From assembly GCF_009834535.1 (NCBI RefSeq), contig NC_045698.1, forward strand, positions 3,908,001 through 3,972,000: a stretch of 64,000 nt of DNA, read 5' to 3'. Shown here in pieces: positions 10,323 to 23,150 of the stretch. The position numbers and the translations under genes were made by a program. The notes under the pieces are model-generated. The model ran no database searches and was not told the DNA's origin. It worked only from the letters and a program-made list of their open reading frames with translations. This DNA comes from Camelus ferus (Eukaryota). Positions within the stretch are counted from its first letter, which is position 1. Every line of letters starts with the position of its first letter.

Positions 10323-12635
10323 GTGCAGCTGGAAGCTTCTGACTCTGAAACAGAGAGTCGGCGGGAGCGTAGGAGGAGGGCATTTTCAAAGGGAGATCCA
10401 AGCCCTCTTCAGAAAGCCTGGTGCAGGCTCCCCAGAGGCCCCGGCAGGGGCAGAACCATCCCTGTGGGGGCAGCGGCCAACCAAGGAACGACCAGCCACC
10501 ACAGTCACTCTCCTCCACCTGAGGGCTTCCCTGGCTTCACGCTCTGGGGAGTCTGAGCATTTCACTGCCCCTGCCGTCTGCCCCTCGCGTACCCGCCACC
10601 CCGGGGCAGGGCAGTGAACGGGGCGTTGCTGCACAGCTGTGTCCAACGGCCAGTCTTTTAGGAGTTGTTGGGCATTTCCAGAAGCGCCCAGCAGCCTGGA
10701 AGGGGGTGCAGGGCTGGGGTTCTGCCCGGCAGGCATGGGAAAGGATGGAACGGTGGTGACTGCAGGGCTGAGGGTGGGGTCCAGGAATGATGCTGCTCTG
10801 CTGAAAACAAGGGCAGGTGGCCCCATCTGTGCTCCCAGCTCTGCACTGGGAGTGCTGCTTCTGAGAATGTCAGCGATGTGAACTTAGAATCCGGAGCAGG
10901 GAAGGCTTGCCTCAGACAAATGCATTGTTTAGCCAGTAAGGCTAGCATTGGCTGGGGAGGAATCTTTTCTTCGCATCTGGGGATTCAGCCTGAATTGGAA
11001 GCTATGCTTTACAATTACTACGGCGGAGATCAGAGCGCTTGTGTGTCTCAGAGGCGAGCCTGGGATCCGGGGCTGCACGGCCTGAGAGTGACCAGGAAGC
11101 CGCCCACTGTCCAGGAGGTGGTAGCTCATACCCCAGGCTCGTAATCCTGAGGAATTGCATTTTCCTGAGAGCAAACATCAAAAAGATGAAGGTGAGAACC
11201 AGACACACAGTAACTACGAAACATTTCCCCCAAGACAGTGAGGTGGCTGCTTGGATGCCTTCCTTCCTCATTTTGCAAAAGGCCATCGAGATAATTAAAT
11301 CACACCGTTTCAATAAATCTCTGCTCCCTCTGCGTCTCCCTGACACCCAGCAGTGCAGGGTGGGGGGTGGGGGGGGTGCTGCTGCCTCCTGCGTCTTAGT
11401 GAGTGTCGGTCGCGGCTCTCAGCCCACTCACACCAGCGCTGGAAAAAAGGCTGCTGAATAGAAAGGCAGGAAATAAAGCTCAGGCGGGACATTGAGAGCC
11501 ACCAGCGCAGCCTCTCGATGGCACAGAAATTACTGTCACTAGTGAGGGCAATCTAAGTGCCACTCCTTGTGCCCAACTCGGAGTGACCTGGTACTTCACT
11601 GCTTCTGTGTGTGTGCGTGCGTGTGTGCGTGTGAGGGCCCATTTTCCACATGTGCTTTTCTCCTAGGTCCTTCCATCTGCGTGGCTATCAGTTTCCATGT
11701 TTATTTGTCGTGGGCTGCAGAGCGACATAAATGCTGCTTTCGGCAAAACTCCATTGAAGACGAGGTGAAATGTTGTGTCGTGTGGGTTTTAAACCCTTGA
11801 AGGGAGAAGGGCTCACAGGTCACACCAACTCTGAGGACACAAGGTGGTAGGAGGCCAGGGGACGTGAGTGTGGAGAGCAGACATGGAGGCCCCACTCTGC
11901 CCCGTCTGCTCGGTGCTTGTATGAACGGGGCAGATGCCCCTGTCCTGGGGGGGACGTGGATGCTGTCACACTGCCAGGAGGTGAGGGAGGAGGCAGTGCT
12001 AAAGAATGACAATGGAAACCTGCACTTGGGACCAGCTGAGGTGAGGCCCACGCTCTATCCAGAGAGGCCAGCCCCAGGCGGCTCACCCCCTGTGATGAGT
12101 GACAGAACCTGCCCAGGAGGAGGGGAGGGGTGGGGGCTTCCACACAGGAAATTGCGTACATCCAACCCAGCAGAACAGAGGTTAGGGTCAAAGTGTGTCT
12201 CAGGTCCACAGCTAAATGGGGACACCAGCTGCCTCGCCCTGAGTGGGAAGGAGTTAGGGAAACCAGCCACACTTGGCGGGTAAGGGGATGCCATCCTCCC
12301 TCCGTTCCCCCCCCTGCTCTCCCATGTGACGTGGTTGTGCTGGGCTCCGAGCAGCACCCTTGATGGGCGATTGCTGAGAGGCAGGAGACACTGCAGGTAT
12401 TTTGTGCATGGTCACGGGGGCTGAGAAGACCCCACAGGGCTCCCCCAACCACAGCTACCCCAGAACCCCAGTACGATGTCCTCTGCATGGGCATCCCACA
12501 GGCTCTCTCCAGGGACACAGCATACCTGTATGTCCCCCTGCTGTTCTTCACTCTCAGAAAGCACAAGGTGCCCACAGTCTGAAGGGCTGGTTTGACCAAT
12601 ACTGTAATCTCAAGGTTGAGGCCAGGAGAGATCCT

Positions 12636-12785
12636 GGGCTTTGGAGCCAGGCAGGCCTGCTCTGATCCTGACTTCACCGCTCCGCAGCTGTATCCCGGGC
12701 CAGTCAATTACCTCCCCGAGCATCAGGGTGGCCATCAGTGAGAGCAGGTAGAACAATACTTACCTTTCAAGGTTGTTAAAAGGTT
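12636..12785 (+). mobile_element. MIR SINE
   Basis: 'ggctttggagccaggcaggcctg...atcctgacttcacc...agctgt...aatacttacct...aggttgtt' follows the MIR layout. Confidence 0.6.
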
Positions 12786-12839
12786 GGTCAATCTATTAGT
12801 GGAATTAATTCATATTAGCATTTCAAATAGAAAATTTAT

Positions 12840-13990
12840 GTGCATATGATTATCGCAGATGCATGGGGTAAAATTCACCACCAATTCTTCAAAAAGACCT
12901 GGCAGAGCAGGAATAGAAGGAAGGCGCTTGACCTGATGCAGGCTGTCTGCCAGAACCTACGAGAAATGACCTGCCTGCCTAAAAGGAGAGGCATTTCCCC
13001 CAGAGTCACCTGTACGCCAAGGAGTTCTGCTTTTCATGCTTCTGGCTCCTACTGACCTGGATGTGCTAACCACCTGTGGTGAAAATAAAAATACATAAAT
13101 AAAAAAATACAAAATAAAGATACATAAATAAATACAGTGACATTCACCAACCGTGTAATTAGATGTCCAGGAAAGCTGGGAGGAGGAACAGAAAGCTTTT
13201 TGCCAACTGAGTAAAGCAGCCAGTTACAGGGACTATAAACAGCAACTTGTCTCTGTGCAGGAATGAGCAATCGGAACACTTTATAACTAAAGTTCCCAAT
13301 TCCATCAAAATGAAAGTCAAGAAATAATCCCCCAAATACCTGTGGAAAGGTACGTGAAATTCGTAACACTTTTTGGAGAGCATCAAAGGAGTATGAGTCA
13401 CTGGAGGGGTGCAGTGAGACCCTGAGGTGGCACAGCTGGCCCGCGAACACATCAGCCCCTCTCAAACCAGCCTACAGATGGACGCGACACCTACCAAGAG
13501 AGCAGAATACTATTTAGGGAACTGGACAAGCTGACGGGGGAATTCACGTGGCGGGTACAAACATAAAATCCACGGGAAGCATCAGGGGAGAACTGATCCT
13601 TCTTAAGATAAATGTATGGTAAGACTTTCATTGCAATAGAACAGGGAAAATATAGATTATGTCCTGTGTGTTTTAAAAGAAACTATCAGTTTCAGAAAAA
13701 TTAAGTTTAATACCTTCCTACTTTACACGATGCAAAGATAACTGCCATGTAGGTTGGCATAATATAAAAAGATGGTAAGACTGTCCAAAGAAAACATAGG
13801 ATAATATTTTTATAATACAGAGACTTAAAAGAAATAATGAGCAGATGATACAGCTAGAAGTCGAAATCTTCTGTCTAAAAGTCCCCATAAACAAAATTAA
13901 AACAAGCAACCTCTAGAAGAAGAGGTTTACAACACGTACAATTGACAAGAAATTAATGTTCATAATGTATAAAGTGCTCCTAAAATCTCT
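12840..13990 (+). mobile_element. Ancient L1M ORF2 remnants, fragmented
   Basis: The ORF at 12840 reads HMIIADAWGKIHHQFFKK, resembling ORF2 HMIISIDAEKAFDKIQHPFMIK. Further A-rich, ORF2-like pieces follow. Confidence 0.65.
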
Positions 13991-14004
13991 TTTGAAAGTA
14001 ACTC

Positions 14005-14900
14005 ATAGACCCACATAAATGTACTCAATTTATCTTTGACAAAGTAAAAAAGATAATACATTGAAGGAAAAAGTAGTAATTTCTACAAGTAGATCTAAAA
14101 CAACTGGACGTCCGTATGCAAAAAAAATAAATAAATCTAGACACAGATTCTTTACAAAAATTCAATCAAAATGGATCATAGACCAAAATGTAAAATGCGA
14201 AACTATAAAACTGCAAAGAAATAACATGAAAAATTCAGATGAACTTGGGTATGGAGATGACTTTTTAGATAAAGTACCAAAGACATGATCCATGAAAGGA
14301 ATAATTAATAAGCTATTAATTATTAATAATTAATAAGCTTTCAGTAGAATTAAAAACAAGCTACAGAGTGGAAGAAAATATTTACAAAAGGCATATCTGA
14401 TAAAAGACTTTGATCCAAAACATACAAAGAACTCTTTAAAAACAACAGTAAGAGAACAACCTGGTTAAAAATGGGCAAAGGTCCTGAACAGATACCTCAC
14501 TAAAGAAGGTGTACAGGTGACAATAATCATATGACAGGATGCTCATCATCTAATGTCATCAACAAATTGCAATTTAAAATAACCATGAGATACCACTACA
14601 CTCCTATTAGAATGGCCAAAATCCGAAACACTGGTGACGCCAAATGCTGGTGAGGATGCGGAGCAATAGGGAATTCTCATTCATTGTTGGTGGGAAAGTG
14701 AAACGGTGCAGCCACTTTGGAAGACAGTTTGGTGGTTTCTTACAAAAGTACACTCTTATCATGAGATCCAGCAATGATCCTTGGTGTTTGTACAAAGGAG
14801 CCGAAAACTCAAGTGCACAAAATGCCCTGTATACCAATGGTTGTAGCCGGTTTATTCATAACTGCAAAAACTTAGAAGCCAACAAGATGTCCTTCAGTGA
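14005..14900 (+). mobile_element. L1MC-like ORF2 3' part and start of 3'UTR
   Basis: 'tatctttgacaaag', 'atgagataccactacactcctattagaatggccaaaatcc', 'ccactttggaagacagtttgg' and 'caagatgtccttcagt'. Confidence 0.88.
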
Positions 14901-15269
14901 ATGTATATATTTGAAGTTATATGTGAATATATATATATGTATAATGATGTGGTATGTATTGTACATAAAACTTGCCGGAGGCATCTGGTAGATTAAATAT
15001 CACTCCTAATACATATTGCATAGAATAGAATACAAATTATAATAAAATATAATACAATACATGTATTAGTTGTATTAGCTGTCACTTGAAAGAGTTTTCC
15101 TGAATCACAAAAGGTTAAAATTAGAAGTGACTATGGAGATCATGTGGTCTGGCGCTCAGAGGCTTTTTTTTTTTTTTTTAACATTTGCTTGAATTAAGGC
15201 ACAAACGCAATGGGAACTATTCACGTCTGCGGGGTGGTGAGCGCCTCCCCTGTCATGCATATTTAGTTT

Positions 15270-15520
15270 TGTCCTGACAGTGCATTCTCTAGGAAGCAGA
15301 AACAGAAACTCACAGTGGAGGACACAATAATCAAGAATTTACTTACAGGAGTAGCTCTGCCCCGTAGCTCCTCACGCTTGCTCTTGCCACGGGGTTTTCA
15401 GAAGGAGCAAGTGCGTGGACTCGGCGTGGAGACGTGGTTCCCCTGGCAGGAGGCAGGGAGGGGAAGGCAGGCCACTGCCCCTCGCCCTCCTGAGCGACAG
15501 TCTGCACTTCACTGACACCG
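15270..15520 (-). mobile_element. Possible old ERVL-type LTR fragment (LTR33/LTR16-like)
   Basis: 'ttctctaggaagcagaaacaga...gaatttacttacaggagtagctct' resembles the antisense end of these LTRs but is highly diverged. Confidence 0.3.
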
Positions 15521-16744
15521 CTGTGACAAATCAGGCTTTTCTCAAAACAGGTAACGGTAAAAGGGGAGGGATAAGGTCTCCTTTCTTATTTTTTAAGAAC
15601 ACAGGTTTATTTAAAACAAAGATTTTCCCGAATCCCTTTACAGCCTTCTTCCCCCAGGTACTGAATCCGATATTCCATCAAGTAATCATATGCCACATTT
15701 GTTTCCTTTCCTTCTCTGACACATTCTTCAGTTTCATCCCTTTAGAAAGGAAAAGTGCAAAGACTACTCATGGAAGCTGCCAAGGCATGCGGGAAGCCTC
15801 TGGGAGTGTCTATCAAAGAATGCGGAAGGCTTTCTGGGGCACACTCCTCCAAGCCCGGGGCTGAAACACAGAGGAGCCCTATTTATCATTCTTATTACAT
15901 GGGGGCAAAATGAGAGCTTGAAAACAAGTGCTCGCATTCAATGTGGGTGATAAAAAGGAAAACTTTTTAAAGAAGGGATTATTAAAATTCAGAGACAGCA
16001 GATGCCTCCAGCAAGTTTTCACCAGGGGAATTCTGGTGAGTGAGCTTTCATTTTCAGAGTTTTAAGCAACTGGAGTTTCCATTTTCAATTTCAGTAAAAA
16101 ATATAAAATCTCTATTCCTCAATATGAAGAGAGGACATTTAGGATGTTGATATACGTACAAAAATGTAAAATACGTTTTCATTAATTTCGGTATTCTGTT
16201 TCAGAAGTTTTAAAATTACTTTTAGCCATCCATTCTCAGTAATATTTTTTCTATAAAAGAAAAATAAAAGACTTCATTTTTTCTTATTCATCAGACTCCA
16301 AGGAAATAAAATAGTGTATTCTACTAGAGAAATACAGTTTGATAAAGCCAATCTGAAATCTTGATTTTCTTCGTTATAAAGTTCCCTCAGGATGAGCTGT
16401 ACTGGTACTACAAAGAATAAATACATAATTACCACGTTCTGGGAAGTAGCAGCTGGTAGTGATCATGCTTCTGTCTTGACGGGTGTATTGGCAAGGGAGG
16501 CTGTAGGGAGATAGATAGACATATTTTCCACAAATAATTACTTTCTTGGACTTTACCCAGTTCACTTTTAAATCATTATCACCACCATCAACATCATCAT
16601 CTTAATTCAAGTCTAATGAAAGAAATTGTTTTATGCAAAACCTGTGACTCCTTGTCCCAGGAGGAAGATTGTGATCCCATAAGAACGTGTCCTCACTGAG
16701 TGCGTTACTTAAAAGGAATTCAAAGAATGGCACTAAAGTTGCTG

Positions 16745-16865
16745 GACTTGGAATTTGGAGATGCAGCCTCGAGTCTCTTCTTCTGCATATCAGCTGTGTG
16801 TCTCCGGCCTCCTTGTCTGAAGTCCTCCCTCTGTGAAAGTGGCGGAATAATGAGTATCATGTGAA
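16745..16865 (+). mobile_element. MIR fragment
   Basis: 'ggacttggaatt...agctgtgtg...ctccctctgtgaaagtgg..ataat' resembles the MIR core. Confidence 0.5.
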
Positions 16866-17242
16866 AAACGCAGTAAGTATTATAAATTAAAAAAAGTGTC
16901 AAGTTCATTTCCACTTGGGGGCAGGGCTTATCTGAACCACAAGGTACGGAGTGGGGATGACAAACACATGAGTCAGGGGTCTAGTCCCGGCTGAGCTGGA
17001 GGGGCCCCCCTCCCCCTGCACACCCCAGTGAATTCAGCGATGACACCTGGACAGATCGCTGGGATCAGCAGTTCGAGAACTCAGGCGGATTGCGGAAGGT
17101 CAGAGTTCAGACCTCCATCGAACTGATGGTGAGTTTGCCACATCTCATGGCCTGAAGCCCAGACGTAGGCATCAGGGTGGACAAAAGACTCCAGGAGAAA
17201 TCCCCGAGTTCAGGCTCGAGAGACAGCAAATTGTCTCGTGAG

Positions 17243-17260
17243 CAGCAGCAGCAGCAGCAG
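17243..17260 (+). repeat. (CAG)6 trinucleotide repeat
   Basis: Directly visible. Confidence 0.9.
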
Positions 17261-17774
17261 GCAGAGGCACCTAACCTGCCGAGGAGAGACTCTCCCTCTT
17301 CAGTCAGAGGAGCTCTGCCCTTAGGAAAGCGGGCTGAGCATCTTTGTTTTCCTTCTTTATGAGTTCCTGTCACTTGGCCTTAACGGTGGGCACAGTTTTT
17401 GGGAAGTTCACAGCAGAGTAAGATAAATAAACCCTGAAAACTAAGTTTTCAGGATCAAAAGGGGAGCTTAGGGAACTGAAAAGATTGTGGAGAGAGAAGA
17501 ACTTGCAAAAGCAACCTCGTAAGTTGTTTACCAATTCAGAAGCTTAGCCTCAAAGTGCACGAGCATGGACCTTGTTCATCTAAAGCAGCTTACAAAATAA
17601 TTCAAGAACTGAACTAAGAGTCGGACACTCTGCCTGGGTTGTAGACTCAGCGCCATCACACACGCTACTCAGATCATACAAGTGCTTACAAACTTTAAAA
17701 GTGGAATGGTTGTTCAGACCATTGCCTACAGAAGACTGGATGTAACTTACAGCCCTTTCCTCATTTTTCCATAA

Positions 17775-18075
17775 CAGGAAACATCAACATTCTCATAAGC
17801 TTTAAATAAGACCCAAAAGCCTTATAATATTCAAAGTGCCCAGGATACCATCCAAGATTACTCAGCGTATGAAGAACCAAGAAAATCTCAGCTGCGTGGG
17901 AAAAGGCACCCAGAAGAAGCAATCCCAAGATGGCACAGATGTTGGAAATATCTGTCAAAGGCTTTAAAGAGACTATGATAAAAGGCTCCAAGAAGGAATG
18001 TCGAACATTGTTAAAACACATGGAAAGATACAAAGTCTTAACAAAGAAGTGAAGATACAAAAAAGAAACAAATGT
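17775..18075 (+). mobile_element. Ancient L1M 5' region / ORF1 start; may extend upstream to ~17100
   Basis: 'aatattcaaagtgcccaggataccatccaagattactcagc.tatgaagaaccaagaaaatctca' and 'agatggcacagatgttggaaatatctg.caaaggctttaaag' are typical of old L1 5' ends. Confidence 0.75.
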
Positions 18076-18723
18076 ATAAGAATCATATGAGGTCCTTTAA
18101 AAGTTCCTCATTGATCTGGTGGAATTTTCACATAAGACTGCTGTGTGAGAGAAGGGGGAAACAGAGAAGACTGTTTATAAGTTTGCAACTGAAAATATGA
18201 GTGTGGAGGAGACTGGAGGGGCACTTATCTGCAACTAAGATTGGTTACTGGAGCACAGGAGGGGGAAATCCCACAGGTAACTATTTAGGACAAGATTTTA
18301 GTGGAACCTGTAGAGTGTAACTTATCTCTAAGATACTGTCAATACATAAAAATAGAACATGCACATTGACAAAGAATACATGATACAGCCATTGATTTAC
18401 TCTTCTTAAATTCCTTTTGATTCTATAGAACATCTATAACAAAATGTTTTTAAAATGTATCTCCTGTGGGCATGTTTGCATCAGGAGTCATAAACCTTCC
18501 TCAAAGCATTAATAGGAGATGGCAATGTGCTCTCAGGTGTGGACATGCTTGGTGCACTCTGGGATGGCACACAGAGCTTAAAGATGTGCCCCATTAATAT
18601 CAGATGTTCCTTGCACCCTCGAAAATGCCAAGATCACCAGTTTAATGCTACACATCTTTTTGTAACTCAGATAAGTCCATCTTTAATCAAATTCTCCCAT
18701 CTAGAACACTTTAGGAAGGTGCC

Positions 18724-19160
18724 TGTGGCTGATAGAACAATAACCACCAAAGACGCTCACATTCTAACCCCCAGAACCCATGAAAATGTTAATTTACACA
18801 GCAAAAGGGACTTTGCAGATGTGATTGTGTTGAGGATCTTGAGATGGGGATAGGACCCTGGATTGCTGGGGTGGTCCAGCGTAGTAACAACAGGGAGGTG
18901 GGGGATCAGAGTGAGAGAAGGGGATGTGAGGATAAAAACAGAGACCAGACTGATGTGGCCCAAAGCCAATGAATGTGGGTGTCTCTAGGAGCTGGAAAAG
19001 TCAAAGAATGGATGCCTTCCCCAGAAATCTCCAGAAGGAACACAGCCCTGCTGATACCTTGATTTTAGCCTGGTGAGACTTCTGATCTCCACCACTGTGA
19101 GATAATAAATGTGTGTTTAAATTTGTGGTAATTTGTTACAGCTGTCATAGGATGGGAACA
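18724..19160 (+). mobile_element. MLT1D-like solo LTR, near full length
   Basis: 'caaaagggactttgcagatgtgatt', 'gatcttgagatgggg', 'ctccagaaggaacacagccctgctgataccttgattttagcc' and 'tttgtggtaatttgttacagc'. Confidence 0.92.
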
Positions 19161-21072
19161 CCATCCCCTTCAGAATTCCCGTTGATTTTTCTCTGTTCTC
19201 TTGGGGAGCACAACTGTGGACCATGCCTGTGACCTCTGTCACCTGTCCTCATGTTCCTGATACTTCTGCTTTCTCTTGGTCTCCAGTGTTGCCCTACACT
19301 GGGCAAATTTCCTCTCCCAACATTGACCTAATGCACTGAACATAAAGCTAATATAGGTGGAAAGTTTTATGGACATTTTGGGGCTCATAGAGATGGATTC
19401 TGGAAGAAAACAGTCTTATTGGAATGCTGTGATGGAAACAGTTATAGCTACCACATTTCCATTTTTACAAAATGCATCGGCTCCCCCAGCAGGAGCGATT
19501 TCTTTCCCTGACACTGTCTCTTAAGTGTGTTTGGACTCCACTCTCTCCCCAGCCCCTCTGGACCCTTTCCCCTTCATTTTCACATCCCTCCCCTCACTGA
19601 TCCTGGGCTGCTGGTGGAAACTCAGAGCTACTCTCTCCTTAAGATTATGCAGAACAAGCCAGCCTTTGATTTCTCCTTCCAGATCACGCTCTGAGTTTTG
19701 GAATGGGAAGCCAAAGAGACCATTAATTTACTTTATTCCACTGGAAGGAGAGTTATGCCATGAGAAAGCAGCTGCAGTTAATTTTTGCTTTATGTAGATT
19801 TTTAATTTCAGCATTCCTGCTATAAAATGACTCTTCTCCTGCCCGACCTTTCTTGTCTCTTTTGCATTGTTTCTTTCTCGCCTTTGCCGGGTCCCGGGTA
19901 AGCTGTAAGTTGTTCCTGGAGGAGGCTAGGCTGGTGACTCTGTCAGTGTGGTCTCTCTACCACTGCCACCATTCACTCCTTTAATTTCCTTAAAGTAATA
20001 GTGAAGTCATGGCTAGATGTCTCTCAATTCAAAGTGGCCGGTGGGTTCCGTATTCATTCCCGCCCAGGTTACTTCCCCAGGAGAGGAGTGTTGACAATGT
20101 TTAACCCAGCTTTTGAGAGCGGAAAACTCACCTCCTAGGTGGTCATGAAGACACAGTAGATGACATGGGAACACAGCTTTCTCCATATCTCAGTGTTTGA
20201 AGAGATGACTTTCGTATGGGAGGATGGGACCCAGCGGAGACGTGGGGCGAAGGCAGGAATTGTCTCAGGGGACGTGCGAATTGTTGCTCCCTTTCCTCCC
20301 CAGGGACTGAGGCGGTCCATGTGCGCCATGGCTGGGCCATCCCTTTGCTCCATAAGGCTCATAGGTGGCTGTTACTTTGGTGTCGCTGATTTTTCCTGGG
20401 TGCTACCCTGCTCCTCTGGGAGGGATGCCTGGACAGGGCAATGTCACAAATGGGGGGTGAGGATCAGAGGGTGGGTGGCACTTCCATGGGAATGAGACGC
20501 TGGGAGAGAAAATGTCACACTTAATACCCAGAACCCTGTTGCGGGGTTTGAGCACACAAGCTAGGGGCTTCCTGAGGAATGAGGAGGGCCACAAATTGGT
20601 GTGATGAAGGGACGGTGACACGGGAGGGGCGACCTCTGGCAGCAACCCTAGGACTGACTGGCTCGGTCTAATTTCTCTAACAATAACTTGACTGATGGAA
20701 ACATTAGTGTGATCTGTATTATTTAAAAAGTTGGACTTCAAGGAGAAATCCTATCACAAAATAAGGAGATATTTTGTGTGTTCTCTGGTCCCCTGCCCTG
20801 GCTCATGTGATGTGTGTGTTATAAATACTTGAGTCAGACACTTAGTCACTGGGAACAACGTCCCTAAAAGTGAGAGCTGAGTCTTGTTGTCGCCAAGATA
20901 GAGAGCTCATATCTCTGCACACGCTCCATAAACACTTCTTGAATAGATCCAGATGCAATAAATATGCACTCCCCAGTGCTCCACCATCTTTAAGACATTG
21001 CCCCGGTGCTTTGGGGTGTGCAGAGCTGGATCAGAGGATCTAGGCCCAGAGGCACACATCCAGGAGTAACGG

Positions 21073-21445
21073 TGTCGTAGCCAGCTCAGGCTGCCACGAC
21101 ACAATCCCGCTGGCTGGGTGGCCCAATCAACACACATTTATTTTCTCACTGTTCTGGAGACTGAATGTCTAAGATCAAGGTGCCCAGTAGGGCTGGTTCC
21201 AGGAAGGAGCTCTCTTTCTGGTGTGCAGATGTCCCCTTCTTGTTGTGCCCTCACATGGCTTTGCTGTGCACTTGGAGAGAGAGAGAGAGAGCTCTGGTGC
21301 CTCTTTTTCTTTTTATAAGGACACTGGTCCTATCAAATGAAAACCCTACCCTATGACCTTATTTAACCTTAATTATCTCTCTAAAGACCCTATCAACAAA
21401 TACAGTCACTTTAAGGGGTTAGGGCTTCAGCACAGGAATTCTGGC
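21073..21445 (-). mobile_element. MLT1A-like solo LTR
   Basis: Antisense motifs 'atttattttctcactgttctggagactg', 'aagatcaaggtgcc', 'cttttataaggacact' and 'aaatacagtcac...ggggttagggcttca', with an internal (GA)n. Confidence 0.92.
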
Positions 21446-23030
21446 AAATAAGTGGTTTAAAATGAAGAGAATCATTTTAATTTAAAACATAAATCATCAC
21501 AATCATAAACATTAAGAGTTTCCTTGGTGTTCACTCCTGGGATATTTCAAAAGATGATAAAATATGGAATTAGGCAGAGCTTGTTAAGATCCACCATTTT
21601 TATCATATGACCTTTTCATTTTGAAATGTAAATGCACATAATAAATACGTTTTCCAGCCTGTGTGGCTGCTCAGAGGTTTCTCCAACCCCCCCAAAAAAC
21701 AAGCTAATTAGACGTGAAATATCAACCAGTGAGCAATTACAGCCCAACAGAAAATACCCCAGTGATTCTGTACATTTTATAAATTTATAATTTAGGCAAA
21801 TCTCAGGGTTATATCTACATCATGTATTCAGAAACAGCAGTAAAACCTGGTCATCATGAACATTAAATATTCACTATCTACTTTGCTTTGGTTGGTAATA
21901 AGTACACATGAATGTCTTTTCATTTGTTAGATTCCTTTTCATATTTATGTCTAATTTTTCTGTTCCCTTTCTCTACCAGCTTCAGTAAGGAAAAGCATGA
22001 TTTCTTGTGTGTAATGACCTGGCAGAGTTTTATTGCAAAGAATCCAGAAGCTCTAAATTCTGGAAGGTCAGTAAATCCACGGGTTGAAATCAAATGTTGG
22101 TTGTTTTTCCCTTTAGGTATAAACTATTTTGGCAATTCTGACTCACCTATATGAACAGGTGGGGATTTTGACTGTCTTCTTCTTTTGGTTCATTCTAAAG
22201 CGGAACCTGAGATTAAGGCTTGAGCACAGGTGGTTTATCTGTGCAGGGACCCATCATGATGGGGCAGTGCCACTCACGCTGGAAGAGGGGTGTGCAGTGG
22301 TTTGCTGGCATGAGAGTGGCATCTGTCTGTCTCTTGATCCCTGTGTGGTCATGGAGTGGCCTTACCCCGACATCGTTTATACTCTCTGAACGTCGTTTAT
22401 GCTCGCTTGAGAGCATGATGGTTCCACCTGCCAGCGAGGCTGTTTTTCACTGTCGTGGTATCTACATTATCTTTCATTTTATTCATAACAGAGAGAAGTT
22501 ACTCCAGCAGGGTTCATTCTGGAACAGTCTTTGGGACTTTCCTCTCTTGGACGGTTAACAGCTGTCACTGAGAGGGAGTGGGACTGCGTCCAGAACTAAT
22601 GCCAAGCACAATTGCACAACTGCACATTGAAAGACTTTTGTAAAATGCTAAGCATTAAGAATGTGTCTAATTCCAAAGAAATGGAGCTTGTGTACATGAG
22701 CATTTTATTCCCACAGCTAAAATGAAGCACAGGACAAGGACGATGGCTCAACGTGGCTTGGCCTTGAATTATGCAGATGTGTTTCTGAGTTTTTAAACAA
22801 CGTGCTCTGGATATGACCCAAGGTGTGATGAGACCTCAGACTCTTCCAAATCCAATAATTCACTGCATAACCACAGTGCTTTCTCTGCACACTTTTTGTC
22901 TGGAATTTTTGACCACAACATCCCATCAAACTCATTCAGATGTCTTTTTTTTTTCTTCCCCCCTCCCCCAAATCTATGTGTTTAACTGAAATCCTTGGAC
23001 CCCATACTTCAAACACCCAGAGTATCTGCT

Positions 23031-23150
23031 AACAGTGGGCATACTTGGGCCCATCCCAAACCTACTATGTGATCATCTCTAGGGCTAGAGTCTTGCAATT
23101 TTTGAAGGTCCCTCAGGCAATTAGACGGTGCACCAAAATTTGGGACCCTT
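23031..23150. mobile_element. MER5-like hAT-Charlie DNA transposon fragment
   Basis: 'tgggcccatcccaaacctact...atctctagggct...tgcaatttttgaag.tccctcagg...aaatttgggacc'. Confidence 0.6.

Noticed and set aside
11820..12707. Longest ORF (295 aa, minus strand)
   Set aside because: GC-rich, stop-poor sequence, non-ATG start inside a MIR, and no protein-like features.
17177..17362. Poly-Q-containing ORF
   Set aside because: Only a (CAG)6 run in probable old L1 5' sequence, with no exon structure or homology.
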